Of a stretch of 64,000 nucleotides of DNA, positions 52,101 through 64,000 are shown piece by piece. Origin of the DNA: Cenococcum geophilum. Lineage: Eukaryota. Numbering within the stretch: the first letter of the stretch is position 1; every line of letters starts with the position of its first letter. Below the pieces are notes generated by a model, which ran no database searches, was not told the origin of the DNA, and was given only the letters and a program-made list of their open reading frames with translations. The DNA lies in contig CP158635.1 in the NCBI GenBank assembly GCA_050273025.1, positions 31,558,001 to 31,622,000 of the forward strand. The letters run 5' to 3'. A program made the translations under genes and the position numbers.

Positions 52101-52564
52101 AATGGGCAGATTTAGAATAGCGATAACGGTAGTAGGTAAAGGCTAAAGACCGTATAGAAACTATATAGAAGACCCTATAGGGGAAACCTATAATCCTATT
52201 ATACGAAGGCCTAATAAAAGCAGAGGCTATAGTACTATTTCTCCTTCGTATAGAGGTAATAGGGCTTAATATATGGCTTATATCCGTCAGTGTACCGGCG
52301 GTTCTCCCGCGGTGCGAATGTGGCTAGATAAGGTAGATAGTCCACTATGTGCTGTTCTAGTGTCTATACTACTAAAGGGCGGACTTTATAGTAAAATGCG
52401 CCTCTAAACACCTTTAGGATGTTTTAAATAATAACGAAAGCGCCTAAGCAGCAGCAAAATGGCTAGTACAGTTAGGTGTTTTACCCCAGTTTTAGGTAGT
52501 AAAGGCAATAGATGCAGAGAATATAAGTAGATACTAGCCCTTTTAAAGCCTAAAGGACTGGTAA
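49166..52564 (+). pseudogene. LINE ORF2 (AP endonuclease, reverse transcriptase, C-terminal CCHC; no RNase H recognised)
   Basis: De-RIP 'IQYNC', 'LAIQEP', 'LGDFNAHHPxWG', 'APGPDGI', 'YRPIxL', 'GIPQGSPLSPILF', 'FVDD', 'CECGW..QTVHHVLFQC'. The span is 1133 codons and includes track ORF 50408-50788. Confidence 0.9.
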
Positions 52565-55185
52565 AAGAATAAGGGTAAAAGGATAAGGAAAGAAGGGGGT
52601 AGAGTGAGATTATCCGCGAAGCGTGGCTACTTGGCTTAATATGCAGACTTAAAGGTAGGTAGAAGGCGAGCCGCAGGCGCTCCGATGTTGGAACGCTGCC
52701 ATCTCTCTAGCGCGGCCCAAGGTGGGGTTTTCTCTAAGTTAGAGTTTTTCCTATAGAAGGTATTAGCCTGCGTGGACCCACTAGGGGGACTGGGACGGGC
52801 GGTAAATTGAATTTATTATTATTATATTAACTATATTCTATATAACGCCTTTAACAACTACTATACTATATATCTTAATAATATCCTTATCTTCTTAAAA
52901 ACACGCGCTAAGTATATAAAATATATAAATAAAATTATTTAGAGACTTAGTAATACTAGACTCTAGATTAATATTAATAAGTCTAAGTTTTATACTACTA
53001 AAATAAAATACCTTAGCTTAATTATCTTAATTAACGGCATAACTATAGACCCTAAAAAGGTATAGGCCTTATATGAATAGAAAGACCTAACGTTAGTTAA
53101 GGAACTATAGCAATTTCTTAGCTTTGCGAACTTCTACTAATAATTTATCTAAGGCTACTCTAAGGTATTTAAGCCCATAACTAGGCTACTAAAAAAGAGT
53201 ATTAGCTAGTTATAGGGCTCTAACTAAATATAGGTGTTCTAGACCCTAAAAACAGCGTTTACTATAGCACTGGTCCTAGCGTATTACGACTATATAAAAA
53301 AGACTATAGTAAAGATAAACGCCTTAAACTAGGCTTTAGGTAAAGTGCTCTATTAAGCCAATAAAAGTAATAAACTTAAGCTAGTTATATTCTTCTCTGC
53401 TAAGCACTTAGCCCCTAAATATAACTATAAAATATATAATAAGGAGCTCCTAGTAATTATTAAGGCACTAAAAAAATAGCGCCCTAAACTATAAGGAACT
53501 AAGTAGCCGTTTAAAATTATTACGGACTATAAGAACCTTTAGACCTTTATAATAATAAAATAATTAAACTAGTACTAAGTCCGCTAGGCTAAGTTCCTTT
53601 CCTAATTTAACTTTATTATTACCTATAGGCCTAGCACTAAAGCTATAATCCTAGACGCTCTTAGCCGCCTCTTAGGCGTTATACCTACTAATACTAAGAC
53701 CGTATTATCTTACTACTAAAGAAAGTTAACCCTACTATCCTAAAAGAGCTACTAAGCGAATCCCAAGACTAGAGCATTAAAGACTTTATTATAGTAATAG
53801 ACCTAAAACCTAAGAAAAAACCCCTTAAGGAGCTTATTAAAAATGCCTATATAAAGAATAAACTTGCTAGGAATATATTAGCTGCATTATATAAATAGGA
53901 AGACTATAAAGCATACCGTTAGCTTAAGTAGATTAGAAAGCTACTATGCTATAATAAATCTAAATATTTAATTATTAACGGCCTAATTTACTATAGGAAT
54001 TAAGTATTTATCTCTAATTTACCTAAACTCTAACTAGAAGTTATATACTATATATATAGTTTAGGCCCTATAGGTTACCTAAGCCGCGTTAAAATACTAA
54101 ACCTCCTTAATTAAATATATTAGTAGCTAGGTATTTTATAGTTCACGGCTACCTTTATAAGAGACTGCGCTTTTTACTTCCGTATAAAGACCCTACACTT
54201 AATACTACCCAGTTTTCTAAAACTACTAAAACTACTAGTCCGCCTATAGACCAATATCTTTATTAACTATATTATTAACCTACCTAAGTGCCTTTATAAC
54301 GGTAAAACATATAAATATATCTTTATTGTTATTAACCGCCTAATAAAAATAAAACACTTTATTCCTATTACTAGCCTAAATACTAAGAAGCTTATTAAAG
54401 CATTTATCTATATTATCTATAAGCTATATAGCGCTCTAAATACCATTATTTTTAATAGAGGCTCTTTATTTATTTCTAACTTTTAGTATTACTTAAACTA
54501 GCGCCTAAAGGTAACTTTAAGCCCTAGCTTTATATAGTACCCTAAAATAGATAGTTAAACTAAGATTATTAATATAGTAATAAATAAGTACCTATGCGCC
54601 TTTATAAGCTTTACCTAAGACAACTAGGTAAATTAGCTCCCCCTTATTAAGTTTGCTATAAATAACTAGGTTAATAAAACTACGGAAATTTCACTGTTTT
54701 TTACTAACTATAGCTATAACCTATATCTAGGTATTAAACCAATAGGCTCCTAACTATTAGCCCTATCTATATATATAAAGAAGAAGTACTTATAAGCTAA
54801 TACTATTACCTATTACTTTAAGCGCATTTTAACCCAGCTTAAAGCCCTAGCTTATATCTCCTAGTAACACTATAATAATAACACTAATATAAAATAAAAC
54901 GAAGGTATAATATTTAAAAAGGATAATATAGTTATAGTTAGCCTTAAAAATATAAAAACTAACTAGCCTAAGAGGAAGTAAAATAATAACTAAAATAAAC
55001 TCTAGCCCATTCTAGCCGCCTATAAAAAAGCAGTTATAGTTAACCTCCTAAACTATATCCGTGTTAATAAGTCTTTTTATACTTTAAATATTAGCCTTTA
55101 GTTTCCTAAAGAGATCCCTAGTTAAGTATATATTAATAAAGAGGAATATTATAATATTATAGGTAGGATAGCTAAAAGGGATAAT

Positions 55186-58100
55186 TGTTACGGTGCTGTA
55201 ATAAAGTAAACTAAATAACTACGTTGTGGTATAAAGAGGAGAAGAAGGTAAAAGGGGGTATTATATATAAATAGTAGGGCCAGCTGCTAAGGCGCTAGTA
55301 GTAGGCTAGCTAATAGTAGTAGATAGTATAAGATAGTACGAGATAGTATAAAACAGTATATATTAGGTTAGTGCTATAACAGTACTTCCCTCCCTAAAAG
55401 GTTTAGTCCCTAAACTAAATAACTTATTCCTACTATAAAGATATTACTTTTACTTACCGCTCTTAACTAAGCTAATAGTAATTTTCTATACTGGGTATAG
55501 AAAATCCTAATTAGTTAGTTTAACAAATAAAGTTAGTAGAACTCTATACCGCCACTATATAGCGCTTCTTGGCAGAAAAACTAACTAATTAAATAACTTT
55601 AACTAGCGGTTAAAGTTCTATAAGATCTTAACCACTATAAATTATCTTTATAGTTGGCTATAGTTTTAGCGTAACTCTCCCTTATCTTATACCTAGTCTA
55701 GGGGTCCTAGCTTCTTAGGGTATTATTTACAAAACTTTAGTAGTATATACTTATACTCTTTTAGGGATTTCTTAGGTTCCTAGGTTTTCTTATTATAATA
55801 CTTCTACTTAATATAATATATTAAGCCATGCTTATCTATTTATTTATTATATATATTAAGAATCTTTTTAAATTCCTACTTATTCATAATATTGCTATCG
55901 TTATCCCTTTTAGCTATCCTACCTATAATATTATAGCGTTCCTCTTTATTAATATATACTTAACTAGAGATCTCTTTAGGGAACTAAAGGCAGACTTTTA
56001 AAGTATAAAAAGACTTATTAATACGGATATAGTCTAAAAGGTTAACTATAACTACTTCTCTATAAGTAGCTAGGACGGGCCAGGGTCTATCCTAGTTATT
56101 ATTCCACTTCCTCTTAGGCTAGTTAGTCTTTATATTTTTAAGGCTAACTATAACTATATTATCCTTTTTAAATATTATACCTTCGTTTTATTTTATATTA
56201 GCGTTATTTTTATAGCGTTGCTAGGAGATATAAGCTAGGGCTTTAAGCTAGGTTAAAATGCGCTTAAAGTAGTTAGCAATAGTATTAGCTTATAAATACT
56301 CCTTCTTTATATATATAGATAGGGCTAATAGCTAGGAGCCTACTAGTTTAATGCCTAAATATAGGTTATAACTATAATTAGTAAAGAATGGTAAAATTTC
56401 CATAGTCTTATTAACCTAGTTATTTATAGTAAACTTAATAAGGGAGAGCTAATCTACCTAGTTATTTTAGGTGAAGCTTATAAAGGCGCGTAGGTACTTA
56501 TTTATTACTATATTAATAATCTTAGTTTAACTATCTATTTTAGGGTACTATACGGAGCTAGGGCTTAGGCTTACCTTTAGGCGCTAGTTTAGGTAACGTT
56601 AGAAATTAGAAATAAATAAAGAGCCTCTATTAGAAATAATAGTATTTAGAGTACCGTATAACTTATAGATAGTATAGATAAATGCTTTAATAAGCTTCTT
56701 AGTATTTAGGCTAGTAATAAAAATAAAGTATCTTATCTTTATTAGGCGGTTAATAACAATAAAGATATATTTATATATTTTGCCATTATAAAGGCACTTA
56801 GGTAAGTTAATAACGTAGTTAATAAAGATATTAGTCTATAGGCAGACTAGTAGTTTTAGTAGTTTTAGAAAACCGGGTAGTGCTAAGCGTAGGGTCTTTA
56901 TATAAAAGTAGAGAGTATAGTCTCTTATAAAGGTAGCCGTAAACTATAAAATACCTAGCTACTAATATATTTAATTAAAGAGGTTTAGTATCTTAACGCG
57001 GCCTAGGTAACCCATAGGGCCTAAACTATATATATAGTATATAACTTCTAGTTAAAGTTTAGGTAAATTAGGGACAAATACTTAATTCCTATAGTAGATT
57101 AGGCCGTTAATAATTAAATATTTAGATTTATTATAGCGCAGTAGCTTTCTAATCTACTTAGGCTAACGGCGTACTTTATAGTCTTCCTATTCGCGTAGCG
57201 CAGCCAATATATTCTTAGTAAGTTTATTCTCTATATAGGCATTCTTAATAAGCTCCTTAAAGGGTTTTTTCTTAGGCTTTAGGTCTATTACTATAATAAA
57301 GTCTTTAATACTCTAGTCTTAGGATTCGCTTAATAGCTCTTCTAGGATAATAGGGTTAACTTTCTTTAGTAGTAAGAAAATACGGTCTTAGTATTATAGA
57401 CGTTTATTATAAGCATTAGTAGGTATAATACCTAGGAGGCGGCTAAGAGCGTTTAAGATTATAGCTTTAGTTCTAGGCCTATAAGTAATAATAAAGTTAA
57501 ATTAGGAAAGGAACTTAGCCTAACGGACTTAGTACTAGTTTAATTATTTTGTTATTATAAAGGTCTAAAGGTTCTTATAGTTTATAATAATTTCAAATAG
57601 CTACTTAGTTTCTTATAGTTTAGGGCGCTATTTTTTTTTAATGCCTTAACTATTACTAGGAGCTCCTTATTATATATTTTATAGTTATATTTAGGGGCTA
57701 AGTGCTTAATAAAGAAGAATACTACTAGCTTAAGCTTATTACTTTTATTGGCTTAATAAAGTACTCTACCTAAAGCCTAGTTTAAGGTGTCTGTCTCTAT
57801 TATAGTCTTCTTTATATAGTTATAATACGCTAGGACTAGTGCTATAGTAAACGCTATTTTTAGGGTCTAGAACGCCTATGTTTAATTAGGGCCCCATAAC
57901 TAGCTAGTGCTCTTCTTTAGAAGCCTAGTTATAGGCTTAACTACCTTAGAGTAGCCTTAGATAAATTATTAGTAGAAGTTCGCGAAGCTAAGAAATTACT
58001 ATAGTTCTTTAACTAACGTTAGGTCTTTCTATTCTTATAAGGCCTATACCTTCTTAAGGTCCATAGTTATACTATTAGTTAAAATAATTAAGCTAAGGTA

Positions 58101-61100
58101 TTTTATTTTGGTAGTATAAAACTTAGACTTATTAATATTAATTTAGAGTCTAGCATTACTAAGTCTCTAAATAATTTCATTTATATATTTTATATGCTTG
58201 GCGCGTGTTTTTAAAAAGATAAGGATATTATTAAGGTACGTAGTACAGTATTTATTAAGGGCATTATATAGAATATAATTAATATAGTTTTAAAATATAG
58301 TAGGTGCGTTATAGAGACTAAATAGTATAATTAATATTTTATAGAGCCTAAACCGGGTAATAAATGCTATAAGCTACTTATAGCCTTCCGCAATCTAGAT
58401 CTAGTTAAACATAGTAATTATATTAAGCTTAGTAAAGTACTTAGTACTATAAAGTGCGTTAAGTATCTTACGGACTAGTGGTAATAGATATTAATTCTTA
58501 ATAATAACTATATTTAGGCCTTAGTAGTTATAGTAAATTTATACACCGCCACTAGGTTTCGTAGTAAGGAGGAGTAGTACGGTAGCTAGTAAGGTTAATT
58601 TGTGAATAAAACCCTTATCTAGCATCTTATTAATCCACTTCTTTATATAACTAAGTTTAGTAGGTAAAAGTAGTCTATTTTTATAATACGGGGCCTACTT
58701 TCTAGGTATAATCTTAATTTTATAGTCCCATAGTTAGTAAAGGGGCAGCTTATCTACGTTTTTAAGAAGGAAGTATTTAATATATTTGCGAAACTCTTTT
58801 AGTAAGTATTATAAAATATCTTTATAGGTTAATCCTAGTTTACCTTTTAGAAATTTCTTAATATTAGTATTGACTATCTTTTGGCGTAGAGACTTAGACT
58901 TCATTTTTAGGTTTATTTTAAGGAAGTTATAAAAATAAGGGGGTAGTGCTTTATAGGCTTCATCTATTATATAGTTACCTTCTACTAGCTAGCAGAAAGA
59001 CCTTTTTAATAAGTTCGGTACTTCTATTAGGCCTATAGGCAGCTCCTTAAGCAGTATTAATGCTTTTCTTATTTAACTAGTTCTATTAGCTCTATTATAT
59101 AGATCCTTATTACCTGTATATCTTTTTATTTATAGAACTAGGTAAAATTAACGGTATAAGTATATCTAATGTTGTCTAGGTTAGGGCGTATTTAGTTCTC
59201 CAGTGCTATAGCTAGGCTAGCACAGCTTAGTTAGCCTAGGGGGGCGGAAATAAGGCGGCGGCCTTATACGGTACGCGCGGGAGATAGGTGCGAGGTTGGG
59301 CGTTATAGGGGGGAGGTCTTAATTACTCTAGTTTTAGTCTTAGTTATAACGCCCTTAGCTATTATACGTGCGGTTGCATATATATATAGTAAATAACTTA
59401 AAGTTAGGTGTCTTATTAGCTAACCTAGATTAAGCGGGTATATATAGGGGACTTATAGTTCTAGTAGTGTTTATTTTTTAGGGGATAAGGTAGTAGTTTA
59501 GTCTTCTAGAATCTCCGCCTAGTTTTCTATATATATTAGCTTACTAGTATTAGGCATCTCTTTTACTATTAGCTAATGGTATCTAAGCGTTAGCCATATA
59601 ATGTATCCGTATAGTACTACTTAGTTATAGTTAAAAATGCGCTATAGGAGATAGTTATAGGTATAGTAATCGGAGTTAAACTTAAGCTCTAAGGCGGGGA
59701 AGTCTACCCTTAGGTTATACTTTTTAAGCTAGGGCATTCTGAGAATTACTAATATAGAGAGTAATAACTTTATAACGTAGAAGAGTATAAATTCTATATA
59801 GTGGCTAATTATTATTATTGCTATAAAGTAGTAGGTAATAAACCCGGATAAGAGTCTATTAGTAAGGCGAAGTGGTTTTAAGACTAGGAGTCTTTTTATT
59901 ATAATATTATGCTTTTTTATAAGTAAGTCTTTATCTATAAACGCTGGCGCTATATTACTAGTGTTAATAAGGCTTACTATTTTAATAAGAACTTATAGGA
60001 GTAGGTTACGCGATAAGGAGAGGTAGGTCTAAATAAGGATAGCATTCCTATCGCTATTTACTATTTTAGGGTTAAGTAGTAGCTAGCTTAAAATAAGGTT
60101 TAACTAATCTAGTAGTATAGATCTAATCCTTTTATCCTCCTCCCCGTATAGTTCTAACCCTTAAAGGTGACTTAGTTTAAGGGTTAGCCGTTTAATAGCT
60201 AAATTATAGGGCTTAGCTAGTGGCTATAGTCTTAGCTAATATATCCTAATATATTAGTCTCTAACGGTGTATATATGCTAGAGGGTACTTTACTAATAAT
60301 ATAGCCGGTCTTATAATTGGTAGTAATATAAAGCACTTATCTATAGTTTATGTATAGAACTATTAGCTAAGGCTGTATTAAGGAAGGGAATTATAGGGGT
60401 AGGTTTTTGTGTCCGAACCCACGTCCTTATTTATAATTACTGCCTTAATTACTATCCCCTTTATTAAAGAATCCGCCGCGGCTAGGAGGGGGTTAGCGTA
60501 GTAGTATTAGAAGGGGGTTTAGGTTCTTTTAGGGGTTATAAGTATCTTTTTAGTAACTAGGTTAACTACACGCTATAGAGAGTCTGTTATCTATATAATA
60601 TCTTTAAACGTTATTAGGGAGACTATTACTACTACTACCGAACTTAACGGCGTTAAGGTTTATTAGGTCATTCTATAGTAATATAAGTTAGTAGCTACTA
60701 GCGGTACTTAGCTTAGTAGTATTTAGCTTAGTATAGTAGGTATAGTTTTATAGGTTATAAGCGAATATATCTATTTACTCACTCTAGCCTTTATAGTTAG
60801 TATTATTAATTTTACGGCTAAGGGTAAGAGCTAAGTCCTTTATCTTAGAAGAAATATTCTTCTTAAGTAGATCCACTTTTTATTCCTTAGTTTTATTTAC
60901 TTTAATTATTAACTTATTAAGCTCTGCTTTCTAGGACCAGTAATTATACTTACCTTAGCTTAAGGTATCTAGCTTATTTTTAGCTGCTTAGGTTATATCT
61001 ATAGTCTTATAGTGCTTCCTTATATACACGAATATAGACTTTTAGTTAGAGAAGGTCTATTTGCTTAAGTTGTTTAGGTATATACGTAGTATATTAAGGC

Positions 61101-62123
61101 TATACTTAATATAGTTATAAGCCTTATCTGTTAGCATATCTAATATATAAAGGACTTTGTCTATTAGGGTCTTAAAGCACTTTACATCTCTTTAGAAAAT
61201 GCCTTAGATCTTTATTTCCTATATTTTAATTTTTTTTTACTTTTTAGTTAGTAATCCCTTGCTATTAAATGGGGTTAGATTTTTTACTTTATGCTTTTTT
61301 TTATAGGGCTTAGTTAGAAAAGGAGAGCTAGTAGCGGTATTCTTATTGGTAATAGTTTAGGTAAGTATAGTAATCTAAAGGCTTAGACTTTATATAGTCT
61401 AAGTATTTATAAAGGCTTGCTGTTTGTATTATTATATATATAGTTTAAGTGTCTTAAGGGAGTCGATTCTATGCTGAGCTTTTTTAAGTTAGGACTTTAT
61501 AGTTCGGCCTTTATTGTAAATGGCTTAGAGACCGCTCTTAACGCTAGTTAGGAAAGTTATATATATAAAGAGGTGCTAAAAGGTTCCTACTATATTAAGG
61601 TCTTTAGGGTACTCCGGGCTACTCCTAATTACCTAGGTAATATAGGTATAAGAGGTATTAAAAAAATAGGCGAGTGCTTTGCGTATATTTGCCAATAGGG
61701 TATTATCTATATTATAGTCGCCTATTTTAAGGGATCTGTATAAGGAAATTAAAGTTTATAAGGCTAGCTGTAGTACTAAGATTATCTATAACTATGCTAG
61801 GGTTATTTAGGACTTATAGTATAGTATTATTAATCGCGCTAGATCGTAATTATACTAGAAAAACGGAAATAATAGACTAGGAAAAAAACAAAGGTTATAA
61901 TAGGGCGCAATTAGGGATACTACAAACTGTTACGGTGCTATAATAAAGTAGACTAAATAACTACGTTATGGTATAAAGAGGAGAAGAAGGTAAAAGGGGG
62001 TATTATATATAAATAGTAGGGCCAGCCGCTAAGGCGCTAGTAGTAGGCTAGCTAATAGTAGGAAATAGTATAAGATAGTATAAGACAATATAAAATAGTA
62101 TGCGTTAGGTTAGTGCTATAACA
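55186..62123 (-). mobile_element. Gypsy D, copy 2 (uninterrupted, ~6.9 kb), inverted inside D1
   Basis: 196-bp LTRs at 55186-55381 and 61928-62123. TSD ataat at 55181-55185 and 62124-62128. PPT on the minus strand next to 55381. Confidence 0.95.
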
Positions 62124-62645
62124 ATAATAATGGTAATATTATAGATAAGTAGGAATTTAAAAAAAATCCTTAATATATATAATAAATAAATAAATAAGCA
62201 CGGCTTAATATATTATATTAAGTGGAAGTATTATAATAAGGAAACCTAGGAACCTAAAAATCCCTAAAAGGGTATAAGCGCGTATTACTAAAGTTTTATA
62301 AATAATACCCTAAGAAGCTAGGACCCCTAAACTAGGTATAAGATAAGAAAAAGTTACGCTAAAACTATAGCCAACTATAAAGATAATTTATAGTAGTTAA
62401 AATTTTATAAAACTTTAACCGCCGGTTAAAGTTATCTAATTAGTTAGTTTTTTACTAAGAAGCGCTATATAGTAGTAGTATAGAGTTCTACTAACTTCAT
62501 TTATCAAACTAACTAATTAGGATTTTCTATACCCGGTATAAAAAATCACTATTAGCTTAGTTAAAAGCGGTAAGTAGAAGTAATATCTTTATAATAAAAA
62601 TAAGTTATTTAATTTAGGGACTAAACCTTTTAAGGAGGGGAGTAC

Positions 62646-62841
62646 TATTACGGCACTAACCTAATTTATACTATTTTATACTGTCTTATACTATCTTATA
62701 CTATTTTCTACTATTAGCTAGCCTACTACTAGCGCCTTAGCGGCTGGCCCTACTATTTATATATAATACCCCCTTTTACCTTCTTCTCCTCTTTATACCA
62801 TAACGTAGTTATTTAATTTACTTTATTATAGCACTATAATA
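62646..62841 (+). repeat. 3' LTR of D1
   Basis: Preceded by PPT aaggaggggagtac; direct repeat of 19050-19245. Confidence 0.93.
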
Positions 62842-63090
62842 TCGCGAAATAAAATTTCTACTAAGTTCCCTTATAGAGATCTCTATTTAGTCCTAGCTAG
62901 TACTTACCCCACTTTTAAAAACTCTTAGCATCTACCCTATTAACCTTTACCTCTATATTATAGGACACCCCCATAATACCTTATATATATTTACCTATTT
63001 TTACTACCTTAGTAACTAAAGACTAACTATAAAACGGTAATTTAATAGTAATCTATAGTAATCTAACGGCAACCTACTACATTTTGCTAT

Positions 63091-63290
63091 ATTCTACTAA
63101 GTTCTACTAAGTTCTATTAAATCTTACTAAGTTTTACTAGGACTACTACTTAAATCTCATTCTGCTTTATATATATATTAATTAAGTAACTAAGTCTATA
63201 ATATATACCCTTTCTTCCTATTTTCCTATCTTCTCTCCTTATATAACGTTTTAACCTCCTTATATAACGTTTTAACCTCCTTATATAGTT
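63091..63290. repeat. Short tandem repeats: ttctactaag x~5 and ctccttatataacgttttaac x2.5
   Basis: Direct inspection. Confidence 0.8.
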
Positions 63291-63519
63291 TATATATATA
63301 GCTTAATAATATCTACCTCGCTATATATTATCGCCGCTTATACTTACTCTATAATACTACGTTACATTAACTACCTATACTACTAATAATATGTAGAACA
63401 AACCTAAAACTCCTATAACAACCGCTAGCATTATATCCGCACTTTAAAAACAATTAGTAGGGATATAGAAGTCTTTTATAAACGCCCTTTTATAAAACTA
63501 AGCCATTTTAAATTAATAA

Positions 63520-63643
63520 GGTCGCCACTATTTATACACCCCCTAAATATTACACGTATACCCCCTAATTAATACGCATACACCCCCTACCTTATTTGGT
63601 TTAAATACTTCCTCATTAAGTTAAACACTTCCTCATTAAGTTA
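63520..63643. mobile_element. Possible terminus of a TA-targeting DNA transposon (20-bp tandem duplication ending at TA)
   Basis: ttaaaYacttcctcattaag x2 at 63601-63640 followed by tTA; three tacNccccc motifs upstream; the RIP signature weakens after this point. No partner end found. Confidence 0.35.
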
Positions 63644-64000
63644 GAATATCACGTGCGTTTGACTTGTTTGCGCCTGCATCACGAAAATCAAAGTGCGAGT
63701 CCATAGCATTTCGCTCAAATGCTGAGGGCTCTCTACGAGTTAATCTGTCGACGCAATTGGCAATTATAGAGCTAGTTATAGAGTTAATTGGCCGACCGCC
63801 GCGACGCTCCACAATTGCAGGCTCTTAAATGCGAAGCAGAGGTGTTAATTTAGGTCCTACCGGGCCCAGGGGCGGGCGCGGGCGTGGGCGCGAATACATG
63901 ACGTCTCACAAAGCACTACGCAATCCAATTAATTGACTCAGGCGCGATCCAAATTAGACTCTACTACTTATACTATAGCTAAAATCAAGACTTGATCGTG

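Larger units (their letters stand above)
45828..52822 (+). mobile_element. Full-length Tad-like non-LTR retrotransposon (LINE)
   Basis: 14-bp TSD tatattaactatat at 45814-45827 and 52823-52836; (TAT)n 3' tail; ORF1 with three Cys/His knuckles; ORF2 APE-RT-CCHC. Confidence 0.93.
19050..62841 (+). mobile_element. Ty3/Gypsy LTR retrotransposon D, copy 1, expanded to ~43.8 kb by four direct nested insertions
   Basis: 196-bp LTRs at 19050-19245 and 62646-62841. TSD ttacg/tcgcg (two transition differences). Internal segments 19246-19898, 25943-27697, 44574-45827, 52837-55185 and 62129-62645 are collinear with D2. Confidence 0.92.

Noticed and set aside
676..62841. Preference for antisense nested insertion
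   Set aside because: Five of seven TSD-defined nested insertions are opposite to their host element. The sample is too small to be meaningful.
1..64000. Alternative genetic code or organelle/phage origin to explain the frequent TAA/TAG
   Set aside because: Stops vary between copies of the same element and revert by C/T or G/A changes to Gln, Trp or Arg codons, which is the RIP pattern.

Overview
This window is an AT-rich block from a filamentous-ascomycete-type genome. It consists almost entirely of nested transposable elements degraded by RIP (C>T and G>A transitions, TpA excess, in-frame TAA/TAG stops), and no intact host gene is visible. Nesting was reconstructed from LTR pairs and target-site duplications (TSDs). 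A truncated Gypsy (C) contains Gypsy B (676-15910, -), which contains Gypsy A1 (3676-11650, +). Next is a Tc1/impala-like DD34E transposase relic (-), followed by Gypsy D1 (19050-62841, +). D1 contains a Copia (19899-25937, -), Gypsy F (27698-44568, +, itself holding A2 at 36031-43990, -), a full-length Tad-like LINE (45828-52822, +) and an inverted D copy (D2, 55186-62123, -). Highlights: (1) a complete HDV-like ribozyme fold whose predicted cleavage site is exactly the first base of the LINE; (2) antisense, intron-interrupted, Cys-rich (Zn2Cys6-like) accessory ORFs in the 3' regions of Gypsy A, B and F; (3) Tf1-type self-priming sites with a compensatory change between A and B. Protein motifs quoted are manual de-RIP reconstructions, not database hits, and pseudogene boundaries are approximate.
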